This document shows, piece by piece, positions 27,610 through 36,979 of a stretch of 46,575 nucleotides of DNA (positions are counted from its first letter, which is position 1; each line of letters starts with the position of its first letter). Below the pieces are notes generated by a model. It worked only from the letters and a program-made list of their open reading frames with translations. It was not told where the DNA came from and did not search any database. The position numbers and the translations under genes are program-made. This DNA is from a virus (Duplodnaviria; Caudoviricetes), in IMG/VR virus record IMGVR_UViG_3300009529_000012, positions 1-46,575 of that record; one strand, given 5' to 3'.

Positions 27610-28800
27610 TCATTTCTCTTCTCCTTTCCATCTATAAGATTTAATTCCATCTGCTGAGACTCTCTCTTCTACCATCCCCATAGCTATGATAGTGTCAAGC
27701 ACAGTTAAGAGTTCTGGTTTGTTTGTGTTTCTATAGTTTATAGACAACAACTCAGGGAAAGTTACATTCCTCCTATGCCTAATTTGTCTCATAATTAGTT
27801 CTATATCTACTGAGGTTATAGACCTCCCATGTCCTCCTAAAGCGTCTCCAGCAGTCTTAAGGACAGTCTCAAGAAGTTCTGTTGATGCCTCGATATCACT
27901 CAATTTTATAATAAGCTCATTAGAGTAAGAAACATGTATAGCCATAGCAACTTTAAGTGCTGTGACGTGCATTCTTTCTATGAAGGAGTGGAGTCTCTCG
28001 TCTTTTGTCGCATTCACTTTGTCGTCGAGAGTACTGTACCAATTCTCGAAATACTCCTTAGAGTTCTTTGTCCATTTGAATTCTCCCGTCAGCATAGCCA
28101 CAATAGACAAGTCATGAAGAAGTTCACTGTAGAGGTGTTCACTAGGAATGCTTGGTATAGGGACTCTCTTGTATTTATCGTAGCCAGTAATAATGGCGAA
28201 GCGACTTGTGAAGCCTTGACCAATAGCTTCTTGAGGCAAATTAGCTGCGAGCCAACTGGGAGTAGTAGCAATAAAGCAAGAAATACAAACTCCATAGAGT
28301 TTATCGTGTCCTTTACCACTAGTGCCATATTCCCATTCATCCTGAGAATCGTAAAGTTCTGTCAAGACCTCTACCATTCCCTTTGGATCTACAGCTAGGA
28401 GACCTGACATTTCTTTAGATATAAGACCGATGGGAGTTTGTGGTCTCAGTTCATTATTATAAGTAAAGTGTTCAGTTTTATAAAGCTCTGCCAACTCTTT
28501 TGTAAAATCCCTCTTAGAGAAAGAGTCAATAGAGACAGGAATACCTGTCTTCATGAGCATTTTCTTTGCCAGAGTTGGAGGTCCAGCTTTGCGACACTTT
28601 CCAGGTGGGGCTACTAGGAGTACATAGATATTAGGGAAGATTGGCTCTAGGCCGTAAGGGAGCCAAGTGCGTCTCTGGAGTGTAGTGCAGAGGGTAAATA
28701 ATCCTCCCCAGAGCCAGAAATCTCTCGGCGCTTCAGTGTCTTCGACATATTCCTGTAGTCCAGTGAGCCAGTTAGTAAGCTTCCTTTTGCCAAGTTTCAC
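27610..28800 (-). CDS. DUF3987-like replicative helicase/ATPase
   Basis: TEAP..F..W, PNIYVLLVAPPGKCRK, LYD...T, GFTSRF motifs; next to the polymerase gene. Confidence 0.7.
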   Translation of the reverse strand: MKLGKRKLTNWLTGLQEYVEDTEAPRDFWLWGGLFTLCTTLQRRTWLPYGLEPIFPNIYVLLVAPPGKCRKAGPPTLAKKMLMKTGIPVSIDSFSKRDFTKELAELYKTEHFTYNNELRPQTPIGLISKEMSGLLAVDPKGMVEVLTELYDSQDEWEYGTSGKGHDKLYGVCISCFIATTPSWLAANLPQEAIGQGFTSRFAIITGYDKYKRVPIPSIPSEHLYSELLHDLSIVAMLTGEFKWTKNSKEYFENWYSTLDDKVNATKDERLHSFIERMHVTALKVAMAIHVSYSNELIIKLSDIEASTELLETVLKTAGDALGGHGRSITSVDIELIMRQIRHRRNVTFPELLSINYRNTNKPELLTVLDTIIAMGMVEERVSADGIKSYRWKGEEK

Positions 28801-28812
28801 CTCACCTCCCTC

Positions 28813-29100
28813 CTACATTGATTCGTTTTTTGAATCAAAAGAGTTTTTACAGACAATCTCAGAAACAGGTATTCTTTCTAGTTCTTTCACAGAAGTTTGC
28901 GTAGGGCCTGAACTTACTAGTCGAAGATTATCTAAGAATGGAGCTGGCCATTCTTCTACAACATCCCAAAGGATAATTTTCTGTCCTTTAATAGTAGTTG
29001 TTTCTTCTTTATAACGAATTTTTACCAAATCAAAGTTATGTTCCCTACAGAATTCTCTTATGTTTTCTACGGGTTCTCCTTTCCACTCAAAAATTCTCAT
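28813..29100 (-). CDS. hypothetical protein
   Basis: ATGA overlap with pol; C-terminus encoded by a motif A copy. Confidence 0.55.
   Translation of the reverse strand: MRIFEWKGEPVENIREFCREHNFDLVKIRYKEETTTIKGQKIILWDVVEEWPAPFLDNLRLVSSGPTQTSVKELERIPVSEIVCKNSFDSKNESM
28817..28839. repeat. motif A palindrome copy
   Basis: ctac ATTGATTCGT TTT TTGAATCAAA. Confidence 0.8.
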
Positions 29101-31559
29101 AGCTTCACCTCCTTAAGGCTTCCCCAATCACTCCCAGTCTTAAAGTCACAAGGAATAACTAGCTCTCTATTGTTTATCTGAAGAGGAATTTCTAGAGCAC
29201 TCTTTACTTCAGCCATAGCACAGGGAATGTCAATAGGTAGACATTGTCCAACTACTTCATCGTGGACATTTAGAAGAGGTTCGAAGATACTAGAAGTTTC
29301 GTGAAGAGTCTCTATACCTACTTCCAAAATTTCTCCCACAGTAGATTGCGGTCTGAAAGCTAAGGCACTGCGAAAGAGGTTGTCACTGAGGCGACCACGA
29401 AATACTCTCTTCCTGAAGAAAGGAGCACAAGTGATAAGTGTCCTAGTAGCTCTGATTTCCTCTTTTGTTTTGTTCTGCCAAGACACAAGCATAGGGTTAT
29501 TTGTCTTGTATTGGTGAAGAAGTCTTTTACATAAGTCGAGTTTAAAGTAAATTTCTTCACGAATTAAAATTGTCTGGAGCATTATTGGTCCCATTCCATA
29601 GGAAGCAGCGTAGACAATAGCCTTAGTTATTCTTCTGTAGAATTCAAGGGTATATTCAACTCCAGTAAGATTGCTCTTGTAGAGAGCATCAGGAATGTAA
29701 TTTACATTCTCTGGGATTTGGAAGATCATTTTGCAGTCAAGCCAATGAGTATCTTCACCAGCGAGAAATGCTTCTATTAGCCTGGTGTCATTAGACTCCC
29801 AAGCAATTACCATTTTCTCGGCTGTCCTAAGGTCACCAGCAAGGAGTACTTTCTCCTCGTCAGGAATAAAGAGACTACTCACGAGGCGACCTTCCTCAGT
29901 CCTTACGGGAATGTTCTGGAGATTACCGCCTCCACCAAAAATACTTTCAGAGGACGAGAGACGATAAGTGGAAATAAAGGAGTAAGAAGTCCTGATGCGA
30001 TTATCTTTCTCTACCTTCATGCTAGCATAGGTAGAAGACAACTTTGCAAATTTTCTGTGGTCTACAATTGCTTTGAGAACCTTATTCTCAGGATGCTTTT
30101 TACGCAGTCTATTGAGAGCATCCTTGTCAGTAGTAGGCTTCTTTGTCTTGTGATTGTACTGCATAGGGAGGCCAAGGTAGCCATAGACTAGGCGGATCAT
30201 CTGGGGAGAAGAATTGAGATTCCAACTTTGGCCAGTAGATTCAGTAAGTAGCTTTTCAGCTTCAACAACCTTCTCTCCGAAAATCTTTTGCAACTCTCCC
30301 TTCTTCTCTACATTTATTTTAACTCCCCTAATTTGCATAGCAAGAAGAGAAGGAATAACACTCATAGTCCTCTTATATCCATTCCAAGTGCCAAGTTCCT
30401 TAGCATCCCTCTCTGTTTGAGGCCAAATTTCTCTTGTGACACAACAGTCTCGCCCGTTGTAGATGAATTCTGCTTCATCGCCTATACGACGACCATCCCA
30501 TACTTTACCATCGTCCTTATAGTAAGGCTCCCATGTATAAATACTTGTCAAAGTTTCAAGAGCTTTCTTTAAGTAAGGATAAGAAGCATGATAACACAGC
30601 ATAGAATCTTCGACGCTCCCAGAGGCACAGCGGAGACCATAGTAGCGTCCAAGCACACTTAGGTCAAAGAGGCAGTTGTGGAAGATTTTCTTCACCTTCG
30701 AGGAGAGAAATACCTCACTGATTTTTTGTAGTACTCTCGCTTCCTCTGGGAGACTCCAAAAGAACCTTCTGTTCCGGAGGAAAGGAATTACAAAGGCATA
30801 GTCTGGTTGAGGAGAGAACCCTATACACCAAAGAAGAGGACCTTCGTCAGAGAAGAGAGTCTCTATATCTACTGCTACAAGAGGTTGGGCAAGAAGAAGA
30901 TCAAGTTGATGAATTGCCCCTGCTGCAGTAGAGATTATTTTGAACTCCCTCTCTGGCCTCTTGAAGTCTTTAGTAGAAGATTGCTCTATGACTCTCTCAA
31001 GATCTCTGAGGAAAAGTGGGAGAGCATTCTGTTGTTGTCTCTTCTTCTCCCCAAGGAGTCTCTCTTCAGGTTCATTCATTAGTCTATTAACGTAGGAAGG
31101 ATGGAAGCAGGGGTAGACTTTGAAGCCTTCTACGAGTGTACAAGGAAGGACAGAGCCTCTCCATTTAGTGATGCGCTTCTTTCCCGTGAGGATTGTCATC
31201 GCAACTCCTCCAAGGGCCACAAGAACATTGATAGCTCCTTCTTTCTTTTTTTCCTCAAGCCAACTACGAAGGTAGTCTATATGTTCTTGTCCCTCCCAAG
31301 TTGGACGAGTGTTTTTCTTGTCTTGGAAGTAGTAGTTAATGATGTTTTTAGGAGGTCTTTGTCTAAAAATGTTTCCTATGAGAACTTCACTTCTTGCAAT
31401 ACCTACTGTTCTGAAACAGCGGTCTAGAAGTTGTCCCGCAGCCCCTACAAAGGGGCGTAGAGCAGAGTCCTCTTCGCCTCCTGGTGCTTCTCCTATAAAG
31501 CACATCTCTGCGCTTGGTGGACCTTCAAAAGGCACTATATTGGTTGTCAGTCTCTCCAT
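29097..31559 (-). CDS. polA: family A DNA polymerase with N-terminal family-4 uracil-DNA glycosylase-like domain and 3'-5' exonuclease
   Basis: GEAPG..E....PFVGAAG and HPSY (UDG4); DIET, HNCLFD, YNGRD (exo); NLQNIP, D...AE, RRITKAIVYAASYG, VHDE (pol A/B/C). Confidence 0.92.
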   Translation of the reverse strand: MERLTTNIVPFEGPPSAEMCFIGEAPGGEEDSALRPFVGAAGQLLDRCFRTVGIARSEVLIGNIFRQRPPKNIINYYFQDKKNTRPTWEGQEHIDYLRSWLEEKKKEGAINVLVALGGVAMTILTGKKRITKWRGSVLPCTLVEGFKVYPCFHPSYVNRLMNEPEERLLGEKKRQQQNALPLFLRDLERVIEQSSTKDFKRPEREFKIISTAAGAIHQLDLLLAQPLVAVDIETLFSDEGPLLWCIGFSPQPDYAFVIPFLRNRRFFWSLPEEARVLQKISEVFLSSKVKKIFHNCLFDLSVLGRYYGLRCASGSVEDSMLCYHASYPYLKKALETLTSIYTWEPYYKDDGKVWDGRRIGDEAEFIYNGRDCCVTREIWPQTERDAKELGTWNGYKRTMSVIPSLLAMQIRGVKINVEKKGELQKIFGEKVVEAEKLLTESTGQSWNLNSSPQMIRLVYGYLGLPMQYNHKTKKPTTDKDALNRLRKKHPENKVLKAIVDHRKFAKLSSTYASMKVEKDNRIRTSYSFISTYRLSSSESIFGGGGNLQNIPVRTEEGRLVSSLFIPDEEKVLLAGDLRTAEKMVIAWESNDTRLIEAFLAGEDTHWLDCKMIFQIPENVNYIPDALYKSNLTGVEYTLEFYRRITKAIVYAASYGMGPIMLQTILIREEIYFKLDLCKRLLHQYKTNNPMLVSWQNKTKEEIRATRTLITCAPFFRKRVFRGRLSDNLFRSALAFRPQSTVGEILEVGIETLHETSSIFEPLLNVHDEVVGQCLPIDIPCAMAEVKSALEIPLQINNRELVIPCDFKTGSDWGSLKEVKL

Positions 31560-31717
31560 GCCTCTCCTCCTCTAGTTGATCGTGTAGAAACATATTTAGG
31601 AAGTCATTTAAATCTTCCAGTTCATTCCTCGTGAACGATATTGATATGACATCTTCTCCTGACTGCCTTCTGGCTTCAGGAACTATTATTTCTTGATAGG
31701 CTCTTTGAAGTTTTTTC

Positions 31718-31918
31718 TTAATCTTTCTGATTGCCATCTTTTTTCTCCTCCTTTGGGAAAGGACCCCTCTCTGTTGTTACTATTAAGCCGTGCTCTTTTA
31801 TCCTTTTGTATTGAATGTTGTCATAATAAGAAAGAGCCTCTTTTATTATATTGAGAATTGTTGTCTTTCCACTTCCAGCTGGTCCTTTTACTATTATCTT
31901 AACTTTTGTCAGTACCAT
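31718..31918 (-). CDS. small P-loop-containing protein
   Basis: IIVKGPAGSGKTT in a 66-aa ORF. Confidence 0.5.
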   Translation of the reverse strand: MVLTKVKIIVKGPAGSGKTTILNIIKEALSYYDNIQYKRIKEHGLIVTTERGPFPKEEKKDGNQKD

Positions 31919-32088
31919 CCTTTTTCTCCTCCTCTCTATCTTCTGGCCAGTCATAGTGATGTAGACAACCAGGTTCTCCTCCCTTGGCCAGCAGTTTTTC
32001 CTCGCTCTCGCTGTAGTAGAGAGCACAATTACACTCTACACATCTTCCTACATAAGTAGTTCTTCCCATTAGCTACTCTCCTTTCTGC

Positions 32089-32111
32089 ATTAATTCAAAA
32101 AATGAATCAAT
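32089..32111. repeat. motif A palindrome copy (supplies the TGA stop of the exonuclease)
   Basis: minus strand ATTGATTCAT TTT TTGAATTAAT. Confidence 0.85.
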
Positions 32112-32637
32112 CGAGAAGTCCCAAATACACAGCTTTCGTTAATTTAACGTCCTCTATGGCATTGTGAAGCTGCTCCTTGTTGAAGAGAATATCAAGTCTC
32201 CTAGCACACTCCTCTAGCTTGAGCCACTTTCCTGTCTTCCACTTGACAGAGGCAAGATGCATAGTGTCTACAAGACTTACTATTGGAGGCTGCTTGAATT
32301 TCCCACTGTGGAAGCGTTCCATCCAATTATGAAGAATAGGATAGTCAAAGGAAATAAGGTTGTGGCCTACAAGAGTACAAGGTTGAAACCTCCAAATTAA
32401 GTCCATGTACTTCCTTGTGGCAGGACCATCTCCGTAGCCTCTTTCAATTAGAATTTCATCAGTGATGCCAGTTAGGCGAATTACTGGTTTGTGTAAAGGA
32501 AAGCCAGGATTGACGTAGAAACTTCCGTCTTCCAGTGGTTTTCTTCCTATTCCAAGAACACTCCAGGCTATTTGAATTGGAGTGTCTACCAACTTGTCTA
32601 GGCCTGTAGTTTCTATATCAATTACTATTTCATACAT
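32107..32637 (-). CDS. DEDDh 3'-5' exonuclease (DnaQ-like)
   Basis: DIETTG, VGHN..FD, HNAIED. Confidence 0.9.
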   Translation of the reverse strand: MYEIVIDIETTGLDKLVDTPIQIAWSVLGIGRKPLEDGSFYVNPGFPLHKPVIRLTGITDEILIERGYGDGPATRKYMDLIWRFQPCTLVGHNLISFDYPILHNWMERFHSGKFKQPPIVSLVDTMHLASVKWKTGKWLKLEECARRLDILFNKEQLHNAIEDVKLTKAVYLGLLD

Positions 32638-32829
32638 TAGTAGTTTCCTCCTTTAGTTTTTTTATCGCTTCCTCAAATCTAAAAATCCAAGCATCAAGAA
32701 AGTTTCTATGTCTATCCAGTGAATCTTCTATTTGTGCTGCTACTCCTTGCATTGTGTTTGCTGCAGCTCTCATAGAAGATCCTGCTCTACTTACATCCTC
32801 TGCTCCGAGTAGTGTTATAAATTCAGACA

Positions 32830-33162
32830 TCAGTAGCTCCCTCCTTTAAACTTAGATATTTTAATTCCTCTAGCTTTTGCAAACTTTACTTCCCTCAAAA
32901 TGCCTTCTGACTCCATCCAGCCACCAAGCTTAAGAACCCAAAATTCACTGGCTAGAGCTAGAAAGTGTTCATTATACTCTTTCCACCACTCAGCATTCCT
33001 AGGGAGTAGATGTTTTATTGCTATGGGATGCCAATGTGCTATGGGAGAATAAACAAAGTTCTCTGTAAGTGTCGCCTGGGCGCAAAAAGCACAGACAGCT
33101 TCGTAGCGATTCTGCATTACTTTCTTATTTTTGTGAGTATAAGGACTAGCTATATAGATCAT
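32830..33162 (-). CDS. DUF1937 / nucleoside deoxyribosyltransferase-like protein
   Basis: IYIASPYT, YSPIAH.H, GW.ES.G...E...A...G. Confidence 0.7.
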   Translation of the reverse strand: MIYIASPYTHKNKKVMQNRYEAVCAFCAQATLTENFVYSPIAHWHPIAIKHLLPRNAEWWKEYNEHFLALASEFWVLKLGGWMESEGILREVKFAKARGIKISKFKGGSY

Positions 33163-33866
33163 TACTTTTTCTCCTTTTCTAACTCAAGAATAATAAAACC
33201 TTTGTCAACAGTTACTTTACCAACTTCCCTATATAGTGATCCATCTCCCAAATCAATTTTCAAAGGACAGAAGACGTCATAAGTTTGAGTTATTACTTTC
33301 TCTAAGAATTGAGCAAATGTCATTTTCCTTTCTCCTTTCTAGTTCTCTCAAGTCTCTCATAAGACAAGCGAGTTTAAGATTTACGTCTACTGATATAGAA
33401 TGGATATTCCTGACTTCATCTAAGGATTTCTCTTCCAAACTTAATTCTACTATTTGAGATACTATTAGATCAATTCTAGAGACCGTTATTTCCCTGTCTT
33501 CTTTCTTAGAACTAACTTACTTTGTCTTCTCCATTTTCTTCCGGCCTTTTTTCTTCCCTTCTTACTACTTACTTTAGTTTGATGTTTTTTTGCCATTCTC
33601 TGTCTCCTTTTTCTCCAAAGTTGTTTCTAGTCTTTGTAAGAAATCATCTTTCTGTCTCCTCCCTTAAGCTACATAAAAGTCTTTCATACACTTTCCGCAG
33701 ACGTCACACCGTGGAATGCTTCTCATATCGTTTCCATCGCCAGTGGGTCCTGCCCCTAAAGCAAGGTTAAGATCTATGTGACCTTTTGCAATTATCTCTT
33801 TCACTGCACACTTGAAGCAGAACTTTTTAGTGTGGGATTCTAAATAAACATAAGCTCTAATTTCCA

Positions 33867-34067
33867 TTACTTTTCTGTCTCCTTTCTCCAAGAGTTGAAC
33901 AAATTTCCCTTTGCTTCTATTACTTGATGCTCTTCTATATTTTTTATCCTTAGCTGAAGGTGATCTAAGAGAAGAACAAGTTCTTTATGTGTTGCATACA
34001 TAAACTTTCTGTGGTACTCAGAATTCTTCTCAAGCCTTTCAATTCGTTCTTCAGTCACTTTTCTCAT
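33867..34067 (-). CDS. hypothetical protein
   Basis: RBS AGGAG; flanked by 18-bp direct repeats. Confidence 0.5.
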   Translation of the reverse strand: MRKVTEERIERLEKNSEYHRKFMYATHKELVLLLDHLQLRIKNIEEHQVIEAKGNLFNSWRKETEK

Positions 34068-35602
34068 TTTCCTGTCTCCTTTCTCCAAGCAAGAATCTCT
34101 TCCTGCTCTTCTGGATGATTTTCCCAGTAAAACTTCCACTCAGTACTCCCGGGCTCGAGTTCTTTGTAACCTCCCTTTGTAGCATCCTCCAGCTTGTCAA
34201 GTGTCGGAGTCTCAAGGGGAACCTCAGGCTCTTTGCGTTGGACAATATTAGAGAAACCATCAACCACATTCACTATTGCCAGTCTTCTGAAGTCAGGATC
34301 TTTCTCTATCATCTCCCACTTCAATTTGAGAGAAGGTTCTAGAGCTTCAGCAGCTACTGCCATCATGCCACTCCCACACATAGGATCAAGGACTTTATCT
34401 CCTGGGAGGCAGCTTCTTTGAAGGAGTTCTAAGTAAATCACAGGATGCTTGGCACTTGGGTGATTCTTTTTCATAGAAGGGGTAGGACAAGGAGTAGTTA
34501 TGACATCTGGAGCTCCTTTGCGAACCAAATTTTTGCTTCCTTTTCTACCGAAAGCAATAGGCTCGTAGGAACGCCCTGGCCATACGTCAGGGTTCCTTGT
34601 AACATGAGCACCTTGTTTGTGCCAAATGAGGGGAATTTTATTTGTAGAAAAGCCTGCTTTTGAAAGCATCTCATATACAATTTCATGCCTAACAATACCA
34701 AAAAATAGGTAGAGATGGGAGTCCCTGGCCATTTTTTTGTATAGAAGAAACAACCAGCTCTCCAATTCGTTCCTAAATTGCTCAGGTGGTATTTCACTGT
34801 CCTCAAAATCATCAGTGTTACCTCCTTTCTTCCTCACAGAGTCAAGTCCAACATGCCAGGGAGGGTCAAAGAGGACTACATCAAAGTAGCCATCCTCAAA
34901 GTCCTGGAGCTTCTCTTCCATAGAGGCTTGATGAATCTTCTTAGAGAAGAAGACCATCTGGCTTTCTGGAGTTATCTCAATCTCTTCTTCTCCATCAGTG
35001 GTTTCCTCTTTAAATGCTGTCTCTAGTCTCTCAAAGCGATCGAGTTTCTCCTCTAGCCTCTTAACAATTTTCTTCGCCTCAGTTCTTGTCTTTGCGTCTC
35101 TTACTTCTTTACTACTTTTGGCAAACAGACTTAGTTTTATGGCTTCTGAAACCGAGCCAACACTCTCCTGGACAATTTCTGCTGTGTCCTTTATTGAGTG
35201 GCCGCCTCTTACTCCTACCTTTGCAACTCCATGCTGGCTTTGTTCAAGTTGATGGAGTTCTTCTACTGCATTATCTTCTTCAAGCCACGTGAGATTCTCT
35301 CTGCAGATGTTTTCCTCAAGTTCTATTTTCTTTATTTCATAAGTGTTGTCTTCTCCTACCTCATCAATGGTAAATTCATAGTCAATTCCAAGCATTTCAC
35401 AAGCCCTCAAACGTCTTTCTCCTGCGACAAGGACAATTTTGTCTCCCTCTCGGCGACAAATTCCTCCCTGTTTTTGTCCTCTCTTTTGAAAAGAAAGAGC
35501 TAGGTTTCGTAGTTTCTTTGTGTCAAAGAGCTTCCTAGTTCTATCTGTAGGTACAACAATTTCTTCTGTTGGTGCTCCATAAACCTCTTTAACTACTTTC
35601 AT
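34064..35602 (-). CDS. ParB-domain / beta-class amino DNA methyltransferase fusion
   Basis: LVAGERRLRA, ELEEN..R.NL, HTH; then FDPPW (motif IV), HP..K and VLDPMCGSG (motif I). Confidence 0.85.
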   Translation of the reverse strand: MKVVKEVYGAPTEEIVVPTDRTRKLFDTKKLRNLALSFQKRGQKQGGICRREGDKIVLVAGERRLRACEMLGIDYEFTIDEVGEDNTYEIKKIELEENICRENLTWLEEDNAVEELHQLEQSQHGVAKVGVRGGHSIKDTAEIVQESVGSVSEAIKLSLFAKSSKEVRDAKTRTEAKKIVKRLEEKLDRFERLETAFKEETTDGEEEIEITPESQMVFFSKKIHQASMEEKLQDFEDGYFDVVLFDPPWHVGLDSVRKKGGNTDDFEDSEIPPEQFRNELESWLFLLYKKMARDSHLYLFFGIVRHEIVYEMLSKAGFSTNKIPLIWHKQGAHVTRNPDVWPGRSYEPIAFGRKGSKNLVRKGAPDVITTPCPTPSMKKNHPSAKHPVIYLELLQRSCLPGDKVLDPMCGSGMMAVAAEALEPSLKLKWEMIEKDPDFRRLAIVNVVDGFSNIVQRKEPEVPLETPTLDKLEDATKGGYKELEPGSTEWKFYWENHPEEQEEILAWRKETGK

Positions 35603-35619
35603 CTTCTCCCTCCAAGGAG

Positions 35620-35877
35620 CTATAGGGCTCCTTTCTCCTCAAGTTTCCTGAGTAATTCTAATTTCCTCTCCATCTCCTCAAGAGACATTCCGAATTTCTC
35701 TTCAAGACTCTTAGCCCTAGTAGTCCTAGAAGCCACTTTAGCTTTTCCTTTTGTGGGTCTAGCTCCACTCTCCAACCCTCTCGCAACTCTCGAGTGTTCT
35801 CTCTTTATGGCCTCCTCAGGTTCTTCAAGGGACATTTCACTTGGCGCAGGGCCAATTACTCTCGTTAGGTTTTCCAT
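35620..35877 (-). CDS. hypothetical protein
   Basis: start reassigned to MENLTR; C-terminus resembles 44925..45404. Confidence 0.55.
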   Translation of the reverse strand: MENLTRVIGPAPSEMSLEEPEEAIKREHSRVARGLESGARPTKGKAKVASRTTRAKSLEEKFGMSLEEMERKLELLRKLEEKGAL

Positions 35878-36079
35878 TAGTCTTCCTCTCTCAGCAATTC
35901 GTTTTCTGCATTCCTTCCCATCGCAGTTAGTTGTTCTCCGTTCTTCCAAACAGCAAACAATATAAGTGAAGTATTGTATCCATTTGCCCAGCATTTATAC
36001 CAAGGCATAAAGTCATCTGGATACTGCAGCTCTATCCCATTATCCTTACAGAAATTTTTAAACTCTTCTGGTAGATACA

Positions 36080-36310
36080 TCAGTAATCCTCCTCTCTCCA
36101 AAATTCACTTTTCTCTGCCTCTGCCTGCTCTACGCATTCTTTGTAGATACTTTTTACAAAAGCGTCTTTCTCTCTTGCCCCCTCAATAGCCATTTGCATA
36201 AACTGAGTGAAGAGAATTTTCATAAGCCCTACCTCAGGGAAAGCTGTTTTGAATTCTTCATAGAGAGGGCGTGGGACAAGGAAGTGAATGTTTTTCATTT
36301 CATTCTTCAT
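36080..36310 (-). CDS. possible ribbon-helix-helix DNA-binding protein
   Basis: KNIHFLVPRPLYEEFK beta-strand-P-helix pattern. Confidence 0.45.
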   Translation of the reverse strand: MKNEMKNIHFLVPRPLYEEFKTAFPEVGLMKILFTQFMQMAIEGAREKDAFVKSIYKECVEQAEAEKSEFWREEDY

Positions 36311-36510
36311 AATTCATTATCCTCTTCACACTGTCGGTAGCCTTCTTCATGTCCTTTTTCGTGTCCTTCTTCATAGTTTGATGCAAGACACTCAGCACAA
36401 GGCTCTACAGTGATATATTGCGAATGCCCATTACTTCCTTCTGTAGAATTATTACAAAGACCATTTCCACAAGAACAAAAGACTTCGAATTCTAAGTTTA
36501 ATGTAGGCAT
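36307..36510 (-). CDS. Zn-ribbon small protein (paralog family)
   Basis: CSCG..L...VEPCAEC....YEEG...G. Confidence 0.6.
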   Translation of the reverse strand: MPTLNLEFEVFCSCGNGLCNNSTEGSNGHSQYITVEPCAECLASNYEEGHEKGHEEGYRQCEEDNEL

Positions 36511-36512
36511 CT

Positions 36513-36746
36513 TTATTCTCCAAGTAGTCTATTAATAGCTCTTGCTACTTCTCCTGCACATCCTCCACAGAAGAAGAGTCCTTCTCTAATTCCCTGGCCA
36601 GTAACTTTGTCTCTCCTGAGGACTATTATTTCATGCTTTGCAAGGAGGAGAGTCCCGCAGACAACGCACCTTGGATGTCTGCCTGGGATGGGTTCATCGA
36701 GAGAATACTCAATTAACACTTTTCCTACTTCTTTAGCAAGGTACAT
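36513..36746 (-). CDS. Zn-finger small protein
   Basis: CVVC...CGGC; start reassigned to the ATG after AAAGGAG. Confidence 0.55.
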   Translation of the reverse strand: MYLAKEVGKVLIEYSLDEPIPGRHPRCVVCGTLLLAKHEIIVLRRDKVTGQGIREGLFFCGGCAGEVARAINRLLGE

Positions 36747-36778
36747 CAGAAGCTCCTTTCTCCCTCCCTTAAATTGAA

Positions 36779-36979
36779 TACTGGCAGTAGCAGATTCCGC
36801 CACTCATTACTGAGCCAGGATTCGAACCTGGACGATAGGTTTTCCCCAATCTTAGGTAGAATCAGGGGCGCATGGCCTACCACATATTTCGACATTCTCA
36901 CCTAGAAATCAAGACTCGGTAATAGTCGAATGCTTTCCTATTACTGCTCTCGCGTCTACCAATTCCGCTACTGCCAGCA
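36779..36979 (-). ncRNA. tRNA-like structured RNA (~200 nt)
   Basis: D arm GCGGAATTGGTAGACGC, T arm CCAGG-TTCGAAT-CCTGG, complementary 5'/3' ends, several inserted hairpins; no canonical anticodon arm or CCA. Confidence 0.7.

Noticed and set aside
36779-36979. Canonical tRNA, tmRNA or group I intron-containing tRNA
   Set aside because: No 7-nt anticodon loop or CCA; a D stem is present (tmRNA lacks one); the insert is too short and lacks recognisable group I core elements.
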